A stretch of DNA of 64,000 nucleotides from Balanoglossus misakiensis (taxonomy: Eukaryota; Animalia; Hemichordata). A model generated the notes under the pieces. It was not told the origin of the DNA, did not search any database, and worked only from the letters and a program-made list of their open reading frames with translations. Shown here in pieces: positions 1-13,033 of the stretch. Within the stretch, counting starts at the first letter, position 1. Each line of letters opens with the position of its first letter. The translations under genes and the position numbers were made by a program. The DNA is taken from assembly GCA_040954595.2 (NCBI GenBank), contig CM082581.2, positions 9,775,878-9,839,877 on the forward strand. Reading direction: 5' to 3'.

Positions 1-3000
1 ATATACGGAGCGCCTTACAAAGCAAAAACCATTAGCGCCGCTCCACTGCTAGATATTCTCAGATGTACCGGCAAACATTCAATGTTTTGTTACATTGCGC
101 CCACGGCGTCAACAGACAAATCAATCTCAGTGATGTCAACGGTATAAATAAAGGATACAACATTTGTTGCGTGCAGAATGCCCCTTCTGAACTCACAGAC
201 TACGCTAAAAATCATCAGCTAACACAATGAGCTACAGGCTGGGTAAACCCATTCAGGTGCAAACGTCAATCGTTGTTTATTTTGTCAAAGTAAAGTTGTC
301 TCGTTCTGTCAAGCCAATATTAAAGTATCATGCATTGAAACGGATGTGTCATATTACTGGTAACATAGTGAATATTGCTCTGCCTCAACAGAGAAAATTG
401 GTTGTCATGGCGACCTGTTCAGTTTTTAAAACCCCACGTGATTAAATACAAATTAATGGGTGCCAGAAAAGGCAGAAGTTTATGACAATCAAGAAACTTT
501 TTCACTTTTCGGTCATTTCATATCAAAAGCGCAGCGTCGGCTCCCGGACATAATATGACAAGCATCATCAATAATGAACACAGAAGTCATAAAATATAAA
601 TGTTCCACATATCACTTTCATTTTATCAATGTTTTCCCACACAAGCTCCTCAAGGAGACGAGCCAAGATGTTATCAAGAATATCAATATACCATATTCAT
701 TGCGTTTGGTATGTTTGAAATGGGCTCTGGAAAAGATAAGATTATTGTTGACAAACTATTTTCGCTGTGTCAATCTTTAAAGCGCCCTCAAGACACAAAA
801 TATCAAATTGTCTACCCCCGCACCCTTTCATAAATAATTGATAACCACGTCATGCCTCAGAGCATTTGTGTTTCATCGAAAGTTTGGCTTGCATAACGTT
901 TCCATCAGCTACGCCTAAACCAAGTCTCGCGAGATCTCGCAACGAGCGGAAAATTTTCCATTGATTGTCATGAAATTGAACATCGATCAAGTGAAATCAT
1001 CTAAGCTATAATCCATATCAGCAAACAACTGCCAGTCTACTGGACTTGAAATGTTTGGATTAAAGATGACTAAAATATCACATTCAGCACAAAGATAAAT
1101 AAAATGTGCCATTTTCCATGTTTGTATTGCCGCGCTGTCAATTATTTTGTTTACCAACTTTTCAGATCGACGTTGTAGGGGGATATTGTTCTTGAAAATT
1201 TTTTTCGTCTTGTACAGCAGACATTTCTAACCCACTCTTGCACAAACTGCAATTATTTATATCACATCAATGTATTAATGTTTTTGCCTCAAGAAAGAGA
1301 TAGAACTTTATATTACATTAATTTATTAATATTTATTTGCTTCAAGGGAGAGATAGCACAAGCCTAATGGGCACGCACCATTTTGATGTGCAGCCACGTG
1401 AAACGCCGCTGGATTATTAGTTGGGGTCGGTGGAATTATGAATCACCTTTGCAATAATGGTCATGAAAGTTCACGTCCTACCCACCGCCCGGCCTAAAAG
1501 TTTTAAGGGGACAGTGGGATTAATAATTGAATAGTTGAGTATATAACGTATGCATATGCCATGTTAAAAAGCTGCTCAGTACATTTCAGCATGGTCTAGT
1601 GCTTCCTCGACCCCTCCTCCCCAAAATTTGTCAACGCAGTTTCATTTAGTTTTCAGTTGAGATTCTTGAAATAAAGTTTTCCGAAAATGATTTGTCTCAT
1701 TTGTTTGATTTTCGACCCCTTGTGTCGTAAAAAGCACGTTAGAACTAATTTATTTTACTTCAAAAAGTGCAGAAAACTGAGAAACACATTATTCAGCGAT
1801 TCTACAATATCTATTTTCTCAGACATCTTCTCCTTGACATATTAAGTCAATTTGAAAAAAAAAAAAACAGTACAAAGACGTGACATTTCATGTACATTTC
1901 TATGGCTTGAATTCGCAGAGTTGTCCGGTTACTCGTGTTTGAAATGTTATGTTACACATATCACTCGAGGGTCCCTTGTAATTCCCCATTGTCACACAAC
2001 TGCATTGAGTCCCGTGTTTGCCGAAGCTTCAATTGTAAACCGTTTACCAGTAAATTCCCTTTAAACGACGTCGACATATAAATAGACGCTAAACAGAAGA
2101 CGTCCTTGAACGGTTTCTTCAAACTTACTCAACCGTAAAACAAATCAATTGTTATACTCTTGATTTCGCTGTTTTGGTTTGGCGGCGAGTTGGTCTTTCA
2201 TTGTGTGGCACCTGTTGGACAATTCCGATTGTAAACTCGCGAGCGTCCAATCCGTGGCCTTTATAAACGGTCGATGTTTCTTGTTATCGGTCAGCCAGCG
2301 GCCAATCGCCGTGTGTGTGATATCAGACATTAGGCACGCAATATTCGAGTGGAACTGTCGATTTAAATTTGATCTAGTGGCTTTGGGATACACTTAGGCA
2401 CTTCTTAAAACAGACGACAAGCAACAGATTTCAAATCCCAGTCTCACAAGTTGAGCGGACGTGCGGTAATTTACCCTTATCCGACGACTCAACATGGTGA
2501 CTGGCACTGTTCGCATTCCTTCGGTATTAATGGTTCTCTTCGTGATAGCGAGGTCACGTTGTAGTCACCCCTCGCGCTTGTCTTCCTAATGTTCTCGATA
2601 CTGACAAATTCATATAAATAGTTCCCAACATATGATCCTTTTCCACCTTAAATCATCTGCAAAAAAGTCTACAGTACTAATTTCAAATTACATCACTTTG
2701 AAATTGTGATACTGATGTCCTTAATTTTATTAAGATCTCACAGTATTGAATCGGAAACATAAAAAGCCACTGAGAACTATCCGTCTGGAATAATTACGTA
2801 ATTCTCATTTCATTCTATGACAAAGGATGTCATCACACCTTTCTCTATTATTCCACCGTTAAATGACTCTTAACATTTTCTTCTGAGGGACGGGATGTTT
2901 TCATATAGCCACCTAGTTAGCGAGATATCCATGACGATTTGCACATTTGAATTTATACAAACACTACTGAGAGATGTCAGTACCCACACGCATGCGTTAT

Positions 3001-6000
3001 TAGATAATTCAACGGGCCTATTTCTCTGGTATAGGCCATCTGACTTTCGAAAAAAAACGTCTATCGCCTAGCAACCTGTACTCTGTTTGTAATTGTATAT
3101 CAAAAGCGCCACTGGGCAACAGTTGGCCAGCTCATTTGAATATTTAAATATATTTAAATTTTACTGCTCGTCAGAGTGCGTGACAACAGGCCGTGGATAT
3201 ATTAGACAGACAGCGAACTTCACACCACTCGCCGGATCTAGCAATACGTAGACTGTTACAGGGTATCGCGTGAAGTGATTTGATCTGGCACGGCGGAAAG
3301 ATGGAGATAAGGGCGGTGTTGAGGAAAACTCTTCTTTTTTTGTTGTTAACTCTATCACAAGGTAGGTGTAACTCTGCGCTGTGTTTAACAATGCAGCGCC
3401 ATGCGTTTTGCGCATAACAGGTGATCGCGTCAAAACCTCAGTTGACGTCCAATGGGCATTTAAAGTTACTTTAACTTCATCGGTGGCTGCCCACTTTGAG
3501 TGTTTTATTTGTATAAAATATTGTAGAATTTTGTCATATCGAAAACAATGTGGAGCGAAAGGCAACATTTTTTTGTATAAGCCAGACACTCCAATTTTGT
3601 ATTTCTAGTCCTACCAAAATTTCTCGTAATTAGATAAAATAATCTTAATTTCATTTGGGTAGGTATTCGAAAATGTCTTATTTCTGCGAGTCAGTTGAGA
3701 CCGCGTCTAAAGTTGAAGTAGGTAATTGTGACATGGCTCCGATATCCGTGATGTCAGAGTTCGGATGATGATGGTCCAGTCTACAAGAACCCCCCCCCCC
3801 CCTCCCCCGCTTCGTGTGGGCCGCATTTACATTGTTTTGTGATCCGTCATGGAAACACAACTCTCAACGCTAATCACTGAATACATTAAACACCGCGACA
3901 CGGATCACAAATTAGTCATAAAAAATTATGACTGCAAATGTGGTATGTTCAGCGCAGTGAATGAACCAATGTGTCAATGCCATACTATGCAGTGATAAAA
4001 ATGATACCTCCATAACTTTCTTTTTAATGTGCAACGAGAGCAAATGCTGGATGGGGCGGTCCGTTCCAGAGGTACCCTTTATAAACTGTTCGTGTGGTTC
4101 GAACGAGTGGTTTCGTGTGACAAAGTTCCGACAGCGCTTAAAGCCGGTATGCTGCTCCGCCACGCCGTAAGGGATCTGGCATAATTTCACGTTTGTTCTA
4201 ATATTTGACATGTTCTATAAAAGCACGCAATTAGAGTCGGACCACCAGCGTGTATAAGTTGATCAGGAACTCGACGCCGACAGGATTCTGATAACTGGAT
4301 TTTTAGGGGACTAAAATGGTTGAAAGTCTTTACCATCATGATGAGACAACAACAAAAAAGCAGGGATCGACACGCCAAAAAATACACCACATCTCCAAAA
4401 ACGAGGAAATTTTGTCGTCAGTCGAACATTATGGTTCATTGGGTCAAAATGCGGTTGTTTACCGTTCTGTTGGGCGTATAGTGTTTTGATGTGGGCAATA
4501 AATGTCGACATAACGTTGTTTTCTTCAAATATTTACATTGCTTTTAAACCACGGGTTATCCTTTCGCCTTCTTTCCCACGTCAATACCAAAGTGGGGTCC
4601 AATTAACACAACCTTGTTAGTTGCGTTTGCGAGAGAAAAAACTTCAACTTAACCAGTGTTCCAGATCGTCTTTCTATTTCAGCGCCACTCAGGCGACAAA
4701 CAAAAGGGTTCACGACCTTCTGGATGGGTATTAAGAAAGATAGACAGACAAAAGACATGTTGTACATTGACTGATACATTCACTGATCCTTTACAAGACA
4801 CGCTTTGTCCTTCAAGACGCTCGTTTGAACAGATTACACTCGTACATGTCAGCAATCGAACTAAAACCCATGAGTGCTGGTACTAGAACAGATACATCCT
4901 GGAAGAACCTCGCTGACAGAATATAACTGCAGCTATAGTGTACGTGGTTTATGTATATATCGCCACGGATGGTAAATAGGGACGAAATGAATCAGGCATT
5001 TTTGAAATACCTTAATAAGACTAGTTAAATATCTCAATTTCGGATGATAAATCTCTTCTTTACTGAACATTACTTCTATTTGTAGGAAAGTTGGTGCGTC
5101 CTGTTTGGGGAACCATGGAGATAAATTATCTGCATTATCCATGAGCACTGATCAAGACTAATTAATATCACTATATTACTTTCTGTATTATGTTGTGTAA
5201 ACATATCATTTGCCTCTTACAACATTTTAATCGGCCGAGTCTGGTGTGCAGCCGTGTGTTTGCGTTTTCCCTAATCAAACGTTGATTCAGCGCTGTTTTG
5301 GATCAAACAATCGAAGTGTCAACCACAATCGACGTATGTGCACGGTATATACCCCTTACACAAAGCGCCATATGTTCATATTGCTCATTAAACGCGCCTG
5401 TAGTATTGGCTCTCACAGGATGAATCGGGCAAAAGGCAACTTCTTGGTCGGTTTTGACGTCAGGCATCATATAAATCAAACAACCGAGTAAACAACTTTG
5501 CTGAGTGGGTTACGATTCCAGTAACCCTGACTCGACTGGGACATAGTCCACTCGCAGATTCTGAGAGCCGCTGTGTTTCTCCAGAACTAATTGTTATCAC
5601 AAAGGATAGGAGTAGAAAATGGGTCGTGTGAGATGTCTAAACGTTGTTGAAAAACACCTGTTTAATCAGCATGTTCTGTCGACGATCTTACACGCATCAC
5701 ACCCACGTGATAAAGCTTTCCCTGTACTTCCAGCAACCTTTGTCCTTTGTCTGTAACACCTGTTAAACTGACATAGCGAACAATATTGATCTGGTATTAA
5801 ACAAATGAACTGGTGGTTCTGTCGTTTGTAAAGCTGCATAATTGGATTCACGTCTCCACGCGTGATGGCCAACAGCGCGTTGAACTTACAAGGCTCGAGT
5901 CATGGTACTTCTCCTTGTATACCAAACGATGATACTGTTTTTGGCTTGAATCTTAACGTACGAATTTCAAAATAAAATGCAAGGTCCCGAATCCTTGTGG

Positions 6001-6319
6001 GTTGAAATGTAATGTTAGAATCAGTGACAGATGTTATATCTGGAAGGTTAAGAGCGCGGAGACCGTCAAACACGGAAGACAGCCGACTGATAGCGTCATT
6101 CTTGGCGAATTTCAACCCGAAAGAATTCGCGGTGAATTGCAGAATCGCAGATAAAGAAGCTCGTACATGAAACGGGCTAGACGTTAGCTCGCTATGTCAT
6201 CCAGCAAACGTGGTAACTACGAGTCTTTCTCGTCGAACAAAAATACATTCAATTAAATCTGGAAACACTTCGAGGCAAAGAAACGCTTTGTAATTCTGTC
6301 TTACCGTGAGTTCTAACAA
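1..6319. pseudogene. Block of decayed, apparently intronless coding-like sequence of unknown family (candidate endogenous viral element or large-transposon fossil)
   Basis: One minus-strand frame from 6319 to 5303 reads 339 codons with only 7 stops by hand translation and joins track ORFs 5900-6115 and 5666-5872 across a single TGA (EVP*LEPC). Other protein-like fragments: 3161-3589(-, 142 aa), 2145-2393(-, continues past its stop), 3912-4511(-), 574-833(+). No family recognised. Confidence 0.4.
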
Positions 6320-6821
6320 ATATCCGCCGCAATTAATTAATTTAATCTTTAAATCAGTTTTTCTATTTCACGCAATTGCAGAACGAATATTGTATTTATT
6401 GTATAGCATATCACTTTTAATAAAAAAATGTCCTTGACGTCTTGGGGATAATTCATTTTGCGAGAGCAATTTCCCGATGCTTTGATGGGGGCTATGGTTT
6501 GTGTAATCTAGTTAACGTCACCGCCAAACGTCAAATTGCTTTCATGTATAACACTGTACATTGATAAGTAGCTTTATGAGTAAATTAGCGCTGTACAATT
6601 TAGGTCATTCTTCCACGGGGCCGATGTCCTGTCGATGTGTGAATTTAGGAGGTCTGTTGGTATAGTACAGGTAATGTGATAAACACAAACGGTGCCAAAA
6701 AAGGTCGCTGTAACAGTTTCGTTGAACTTTTTGAATAAGCAAATAGTAAGCTGAATTTGCATTTTTAAATAAAATATACATATATACAGACACTGCAAAG
6801 TCTGAAGGGCGAATTTTATCG

Positions 6822-6926
6822 CCACCACCACCACCACCACCACCACCACCACCACCACCACCACCACCACCACCACCACCACCACCACCACCACTACAAC
6901 CACCACCACCATCATCATCATCATCA
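6822..6926. repeat. (CCA)n microsatellite grading into (CAT)n
   Basis: Directly visible: over 20 consecutive CCA units, a short interruption, then CAT units. Explains the poly-Val and poly-Gly track ORFs. Confidence 0.97.
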
Positions 6927-9900
6927 ACATATGCACAGACCACCCAGTAGCCTGTATATAATAGCTTTCCTCTTTGGGGTTTTTCTTCGAGGAAAACGAT
7001 GAATTTGCAGGCCTTCAGCCCAAGGCTTCCAGCTCGAATTACAACATTGATCACAAAACCATCATGCAACCATGGCGAGATGAAAGCCATACACGAAACA
7101 AAAATTTCACAATGTGGACCGTGGAATTAAGAAGGTCAATCTGTCAACGTGATAACATTATAACACGTTCTGTCGTAACCACCCCGATTTATTATCCCTT
7201 CAGTAATTATGATGGTATTGGAGATATTTGTAGAAATGTCACACCGAGTTAAATATGTTTTATTACCATTTGTTACAGTCAAATCAATGCGTTTAGATGA
7301 TCATTAAATGCACAGAAGAGATGCCGCGCATATTAGCATGTCCCAATTACAATTATGATTTATTTCATATTTGTAAGCCCTTGATAGAATATCTTACCGG
7401 CTACCAATTATACTTAATCCATGTATTGCCAACAGCATCGTGGGTGAACAAACCTCTTCAATAAAAAACTCATAAAATAAGATAATCTCACCCCAAGTGG
7501 AACGAAAAGTAGTAAAATAGCGATTGAAATTTCAAAGTAAATAAAACAGTAAATAATATTATTCAAGAGGCTTTCGCGCATATTTTATGGTGGCCAGTCA
7601 CCCACACGTCCAACATCTGTCAAACATGACCTCGATTAAAACCATTCTGCGCATAATAATGCTTTTGTATTGCAGTTCATGACAAAAGAACAGAAACACG
7701 TGAAAATCATCTGCTATTGTGATCAAATAGCTGAACTCAAAGGTCGGTCATAAGTCTTGTGGTATGCTAGGTCACTGGGAGACAGGCTTTTTAGAAGGGG
7801 TCTGCTTTTCAGTACACGGCTATCGCTTCAATTCATCATGTCGAACGTCGCCTGCAATGAATAGCAGGGACTCTTGATACTTGAAGGGCAAAGTAGGGGG
7901 TTCCATTTGCTCATAAATTTATCACGAGAGAAAGACGTGAGCAAGTACGGGCGATGTATTTCATACGACATATTTCACATTTATACAGAAATTTATATGT
8001 TTGCATAAAATGTATTACTTGTATGGTGAGAGGGTTCCCTCCATCATGTGCTCCAAAATGCCATCTGAGACCTTTGTCAGCAGTGAACTAGATCCTGCCC
8101 TACAAAAAGGAGAAAGGACGCCACTTCATCATCTCCTTCGAAAGATGAGAAGTTGGTGAGAATTTTGAGCGTGTCGACAAAACTGGAATAAAATGTAAGA
8201 TGATACTGTCCAAAGTACACGAGTTGTGCTTTATTATATATAAAACTGTATTAATCATTTTTTTATTTTAAAAATTCTGCCAACAATATTGTTAGCCTTA
8301 TTCGCACGAAGTAAGTTGATATAATTTCTGCCAGGTCTGCAGCACTCGTCAGAGCACCAGCTAAGTCATTAAAATTATCAGTAAGGCGATATTGTGTTTA
8401 TTTTTGTGCATTTACTGTGGATGGGTCAGACAGACCTCGCTCGTTACAGGGTCCTTGAATGCGATTGTATGAAGGACGCGAAATCTACCCTGGATTTCTG
8501 TTTAAAATCACGAAGTGACCGGAGTAGAACAGCGAAAACATGTTCAGGCTCAAAGCTTAACACTGACCGATCATGTCAAGTTCAAGGATAATGCGTTAGC
8601 CAAGAGCTAACGCATTGTACAATCTGTGCAAAAGACATATAGACACCTCTACAAGCCTCCCAAAGGTGAAATTAAATTTGTGTTCCGAAAAGTACTCTTC
8701 TGTTCTCACAGAACCGATCATGTCATTAAACCAGAAAAAAATGTCTTTCAAAAAACTTCAACGCGACAACTCGTGCCAGATAAATTATAACTTATGAGGT
8801 GTGCATTGGGGAGATATGAAAGTCGGGATCGGTATTTGATCTTCGTACTATAAAAATATAAAAGCCGATATAATAGCCCTATTAGCGAAAACAACCTCTA
8901 CGCATTGACGTCCCCAATATCCTTAATGCACGTTTGCTCCATCATGAAATGCAATGTGGCCTCCAATCACTGTTAAAAGGGTAACATTGCTCTACCATAT
9001 GGTGAGACTCGGATACAAAATACAGCAGTTAGTACTTGAGGTCTGTGGTGGTAAGAGGTTTGTATTCGAGTAAATATTCCGCTCATACACGGACGCAATG
9101 TCGTGCCAGTTGACCTGAAATTCAGATTTCAAAGGATTCTGAAATGAAATCAGAAATAAAATCGGGAAAAAAATCTGGATAACACTGTATAGCTTGGATG
9201 ATTATTAAGACACAGTTCATCATTGAATCTGTCTGTTCCCGCATTTTTTTTACTGTGTGCGAACATGCGACTGCCATATGCTCAGCCTTTTGCGTAAAAT
9301 CACTATCACCACAGATAGCGTGGTCTATTCTGTTGCGTTTTTATCAAGTATTTCGTGATGCCTGTCATCATGGCTTCTCTGGAAGTTTTCACCGCGAACA
9401 ATTTCCCATCGGAAGAGGCCGATAAAAAGAGTGTCCTATCAGAACTTGTCGGGGGTTTTAGCAATAAGTTTACCGAAAGGGAAAAAAACGTTCACTTGAA
9501 GTTACATTTTAAACAAAATTTAATGTAACACTTAGGCCCTAACAAGGACACTTTGCATCCGGGGACCGTCAGCCGACAAAGTTGTTTTTGGCAATCTGTA
9601 GTGACGTCAAACAGCACCGAGAATTTCATACGGCCACATTGCCAAACAACTCGCCTCATTGTACCGGCGACCTATTTGTGTTATTTAACAAACAATATCG
9701 ACATCCGTTCCACTTTGAACGGTAGAATATATCTTCCACATCATTTACAGTGAATAGCGAGGCCATTCAGTGCATCGGAAAATAATTTGTGATGGCATAA
9801 TTATGTTTTATGTACTTGCGGAAAGCATTTCACATTTCACACAAAATGCGGTCGGTTCGTGAATCGCAAAAAGAAGTCATTTTCCAAAGGTATTGGACTC

Positions 9901-10659
9901 TCACATGAAAGTGTTTCAAAGAAAGTTTTACAGTTTCGGATTGAGACTCATTATCCACCCACTTTTCTCGATGCCGTCGGCGTTTTTCATGAATTATTAA
10001 TCGAGCGAAATGAACGTTTTTTTTCCTTCCGAGGGAATTCTTCTTGCGAATTGCGTCACAGTCGGAAATTGCTGCAAATAACAAGTGTTTAATTTCAAGT
10101 CTGAACGTCGATTAATAAGAATATCAGAAAGATAGTGGCAAGGTGCAAACACGGGATTAATTTCTTTCACAAGCCAAGAAAATTTTGTCACAATTATTGC
10201 GTTAATTTCCAATAATTACTTCGGATGTATTAGCGTTATGTCAACGAGCGAATATCGATCACATTATAGAATTTAGATCTAAAACAATTATTGCCTGATC
10301 TGATAAACGATTTCAGGGACTACATCGGCGAATGCAAAGCAAACAAGATCCTTTCTATTCCGCTGAAGTCAAATTGCTTGGAAAATATTTTGGATCGTTT
10401 CCAAGGAAAAGATCTCGATTGGATTGTTTGATGTTTGTTAATAAGATTACGCAACAAATTCTTCCGTTTATTGATGAGGACTGCATGTTAGGTGGATACT
10501 GGACTTTATGCGGAGACGTAGCGTAACCAGGACAACCATCCAAGGTTCTCTGTATCACGATCTTTCAAAAACTGACAAAAATTATTATTGTGCTGATTAT
10601 TATTATTACCTCTCCCGTATTTCTGAAATTTAATTATCCTAATTTTTTTCCACTACCAG

Positions 10660-13033
10660 CATATGCCACGGAAATGATACAGGCCATACAAACGTATCTC
10701 TTTGACAACGGCAGCTACAACAAATATATTCGACCGGCTGAGAGCGAAAACGACACAGTCACCATAAACTTCGGCCTGGCAGTTACGCAACTATTAGATG
10801 TTGTAAGTATAAATACCAATATTACACACTTGCCCACATTCTGGCAATATGCCCCTTTAAGGTAGTAGGAGGCTGACAGAACTAGATCACCAGTGAGTGA
10901 AGAAATATAGTGTCGATGCCCCTAGGGTATACATGCCTGCATGACCGTGGAGTAGCCGAGAATGAGGTCACACAATGTGATATTAATATTTCATATTCAT
11001 TTCTGTACATAATACAGGATGAAAAGAACCAGATTATAACCACTGGAGTATGGCTAAATCAGGTAATAGTATAAATGTCACAATTAAAATGACAGAAACA
11101 TTAAAAGAAAACACATGCACAGAAACAAATATGAGTGAAATAATTTTTGCCTTGAACGCAACAGAAACAATGTTTCCTTGCTTATAAAACGGCACATTTC
11201 TGGATAACGAGCCTACAGGAAAGCAACATTTTTTTCACTCTGCAGATCATGCATGCCAAACACAATCGATTTCAGTACGACATGCTTGAAAAGTCGTACT
11301 AATTATTACTGTAAGAGAGATGCGGCCAACGAGTTGCTGACGGGGGCTGGTAAAAAGTTGTTTCAACTTAAATCTCTGAAGACTTTTCGGGACAAACATT
11401 TTGTGTTTTAATACTTTCGCAGTATTGGAATGATTTCCGTCTGCGGTGGAACGCCTCCGATTTTGGGGACATCGAAAGTGTACATATCCCCTTTGACTGG
11501 CTGTGGTATCCAGACTTAGTTCTCGATAACAGGTATATTAGAAAAAGTTTTTTTTTCGCAACTTTCTTGTCTCTTGTGTAACTGAATAAGTACCTAAAGC
11601 GAAACTTTACGGCGATTAAAATATGTATAGACAAGAAAACCATGGTAATTTTAAAGCAGAGACAACTAAAATCTCTGACTCTAAATTTTATTTTTCCCCC
11701 AAAAATATTCTCAGCGCCGATGGGGATTATCTCCTCCCAACGTGGAAGTACGTGACCATTTACAACGACGGTGAAGTGTGGGTGACACCCCCGGGGAAAC
11801 TACAGAGTCCCTGTCGAATAGACGTGCGCTATTTCCCCTTCGACGAGCAATACTGTGTGATGCAGTTTGGGCCGTGGGAGTTCACCGCCTTCGAAGTGTT
11901 GATGGCGCCAACCGAGGATTACGTGCCCAAGGAAAACTACGTGGAGAACGTGGAATGGGATCTGCACAATTCGACGGTGGAGCTCATCTTGGACTTCGAC
12001 GAGTGTTGTCCGGATGAAGCTTACAGCACCATTCAGTACACCCTCATTCTTCGCCGGAGGCCGCTGTACTACATTTTGAACATTTTGATCCCGTGCTGCG
12101 CGATGTCCATCTTGACTCTGGGCGTCTTCTATCTCCCGCCCGACTGTGGTGAGAAGATGACGCTGAGTATCTCTGTCCTCATCGCTCTCTCCGTCTTCAG
12201 TCTCCTGGTGGCGGACATCATGCCTCCGACGTCAGACTCGTCTCCGCTGATCGGCACCTTCCTCCTCTTCAACATGGCCGTCAACGCGTTCTCAATCATC
12301 ATGTCCGTCGTGATGTTACACTTCCACCACCGGTCGGTGAGAATCTACCGAATGCCGCTCTGGGTCAAGACGATCTTCTTGCAGAAACTGCCGCCGTACC
12401 TTCTGCTGGGCAAGCGCTTCACGTGCGCCAGGCGTAACCTTGGCAACGCTGTGGAACCAGCGGACGCCGAGAAAGTGGAGGTGATCTCGCTGGACAACCA
12501 CAAAGTTCAGGACAATCATAATTTTGAGGAAGAAAACGGGATCCGCACTCCGAGGAAAGAACGGACAGCAAATCACGCACTGGCGTTCCCGAAGACGCTC
12601 ACCGATGGCGCTCTATTTAAATACGGGAAAGAAGACACGACTCAAGAGGAGTCTATGAACACCTTTCAGCAGAAAGTAGTCACTTTCATGGACTACTCTA
12701 CAAGGAGAATGCACTGGAAAGACGTGGAAGAGGAGGTACGAGTGACCAGAACTTCAAAACCATTTCCCCCTGACCGTGGAGACACTTCTGTAGCTATACA
12801 GCTTTGTGGTTTAATATGAAGTTCCATACATGATTAGGCCTACACTAAAAGAATATTCTGCACTTTCTAATGAACATTACACTAATTGTTGAATTCCTCT
12901 TTCTCTCTTTCAGGAGGTTGAAGAGTGGAAGTTCCTGGCGGCGGTCATCGACAGAATCTGCCTTGTCTGCTTCTTCGTAGTTTTACTCATCGGATCTCTA
13001 ACCATACTTCTCAGCGCGCCGAGATTGTCGTAG
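10660..13033 (+). CDS. Nicotinic acetylcholine receptor-like alpha subunit (Cys-loop cation channel), divergent binding site; first exon not located
   Basis: GT-AG exons 10660-10802, 11018-11062 (DEKNQIITTGVWLNQ), 11423-11532 (WYPDLVLDN), 11715-12735, 12914-13033 (M4, TAG) splice in frame. Cys-loop CRIDVRYFPFDEQYC, vicinal CC in loop C, RRRPLYY pre-M1, DCGEK cation-selectivity motif before M2, EWKFLAAVIDR before M4. Confidence 0.95.

Noticed and set aside
5666-5872. Apparent zinc finger (CSLC...CDAC) in a track ORF
   Set aside because: The adjacent frame reads more protein-like over the same bases, so the cysteines are probably an out-of-frame reading after a frameshift.
6574-7090. Poly-Val and poly-Gly ORFs on the minus strand
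   Set aside because: Artefacts of the stop-free (CCA)n microsatellite.
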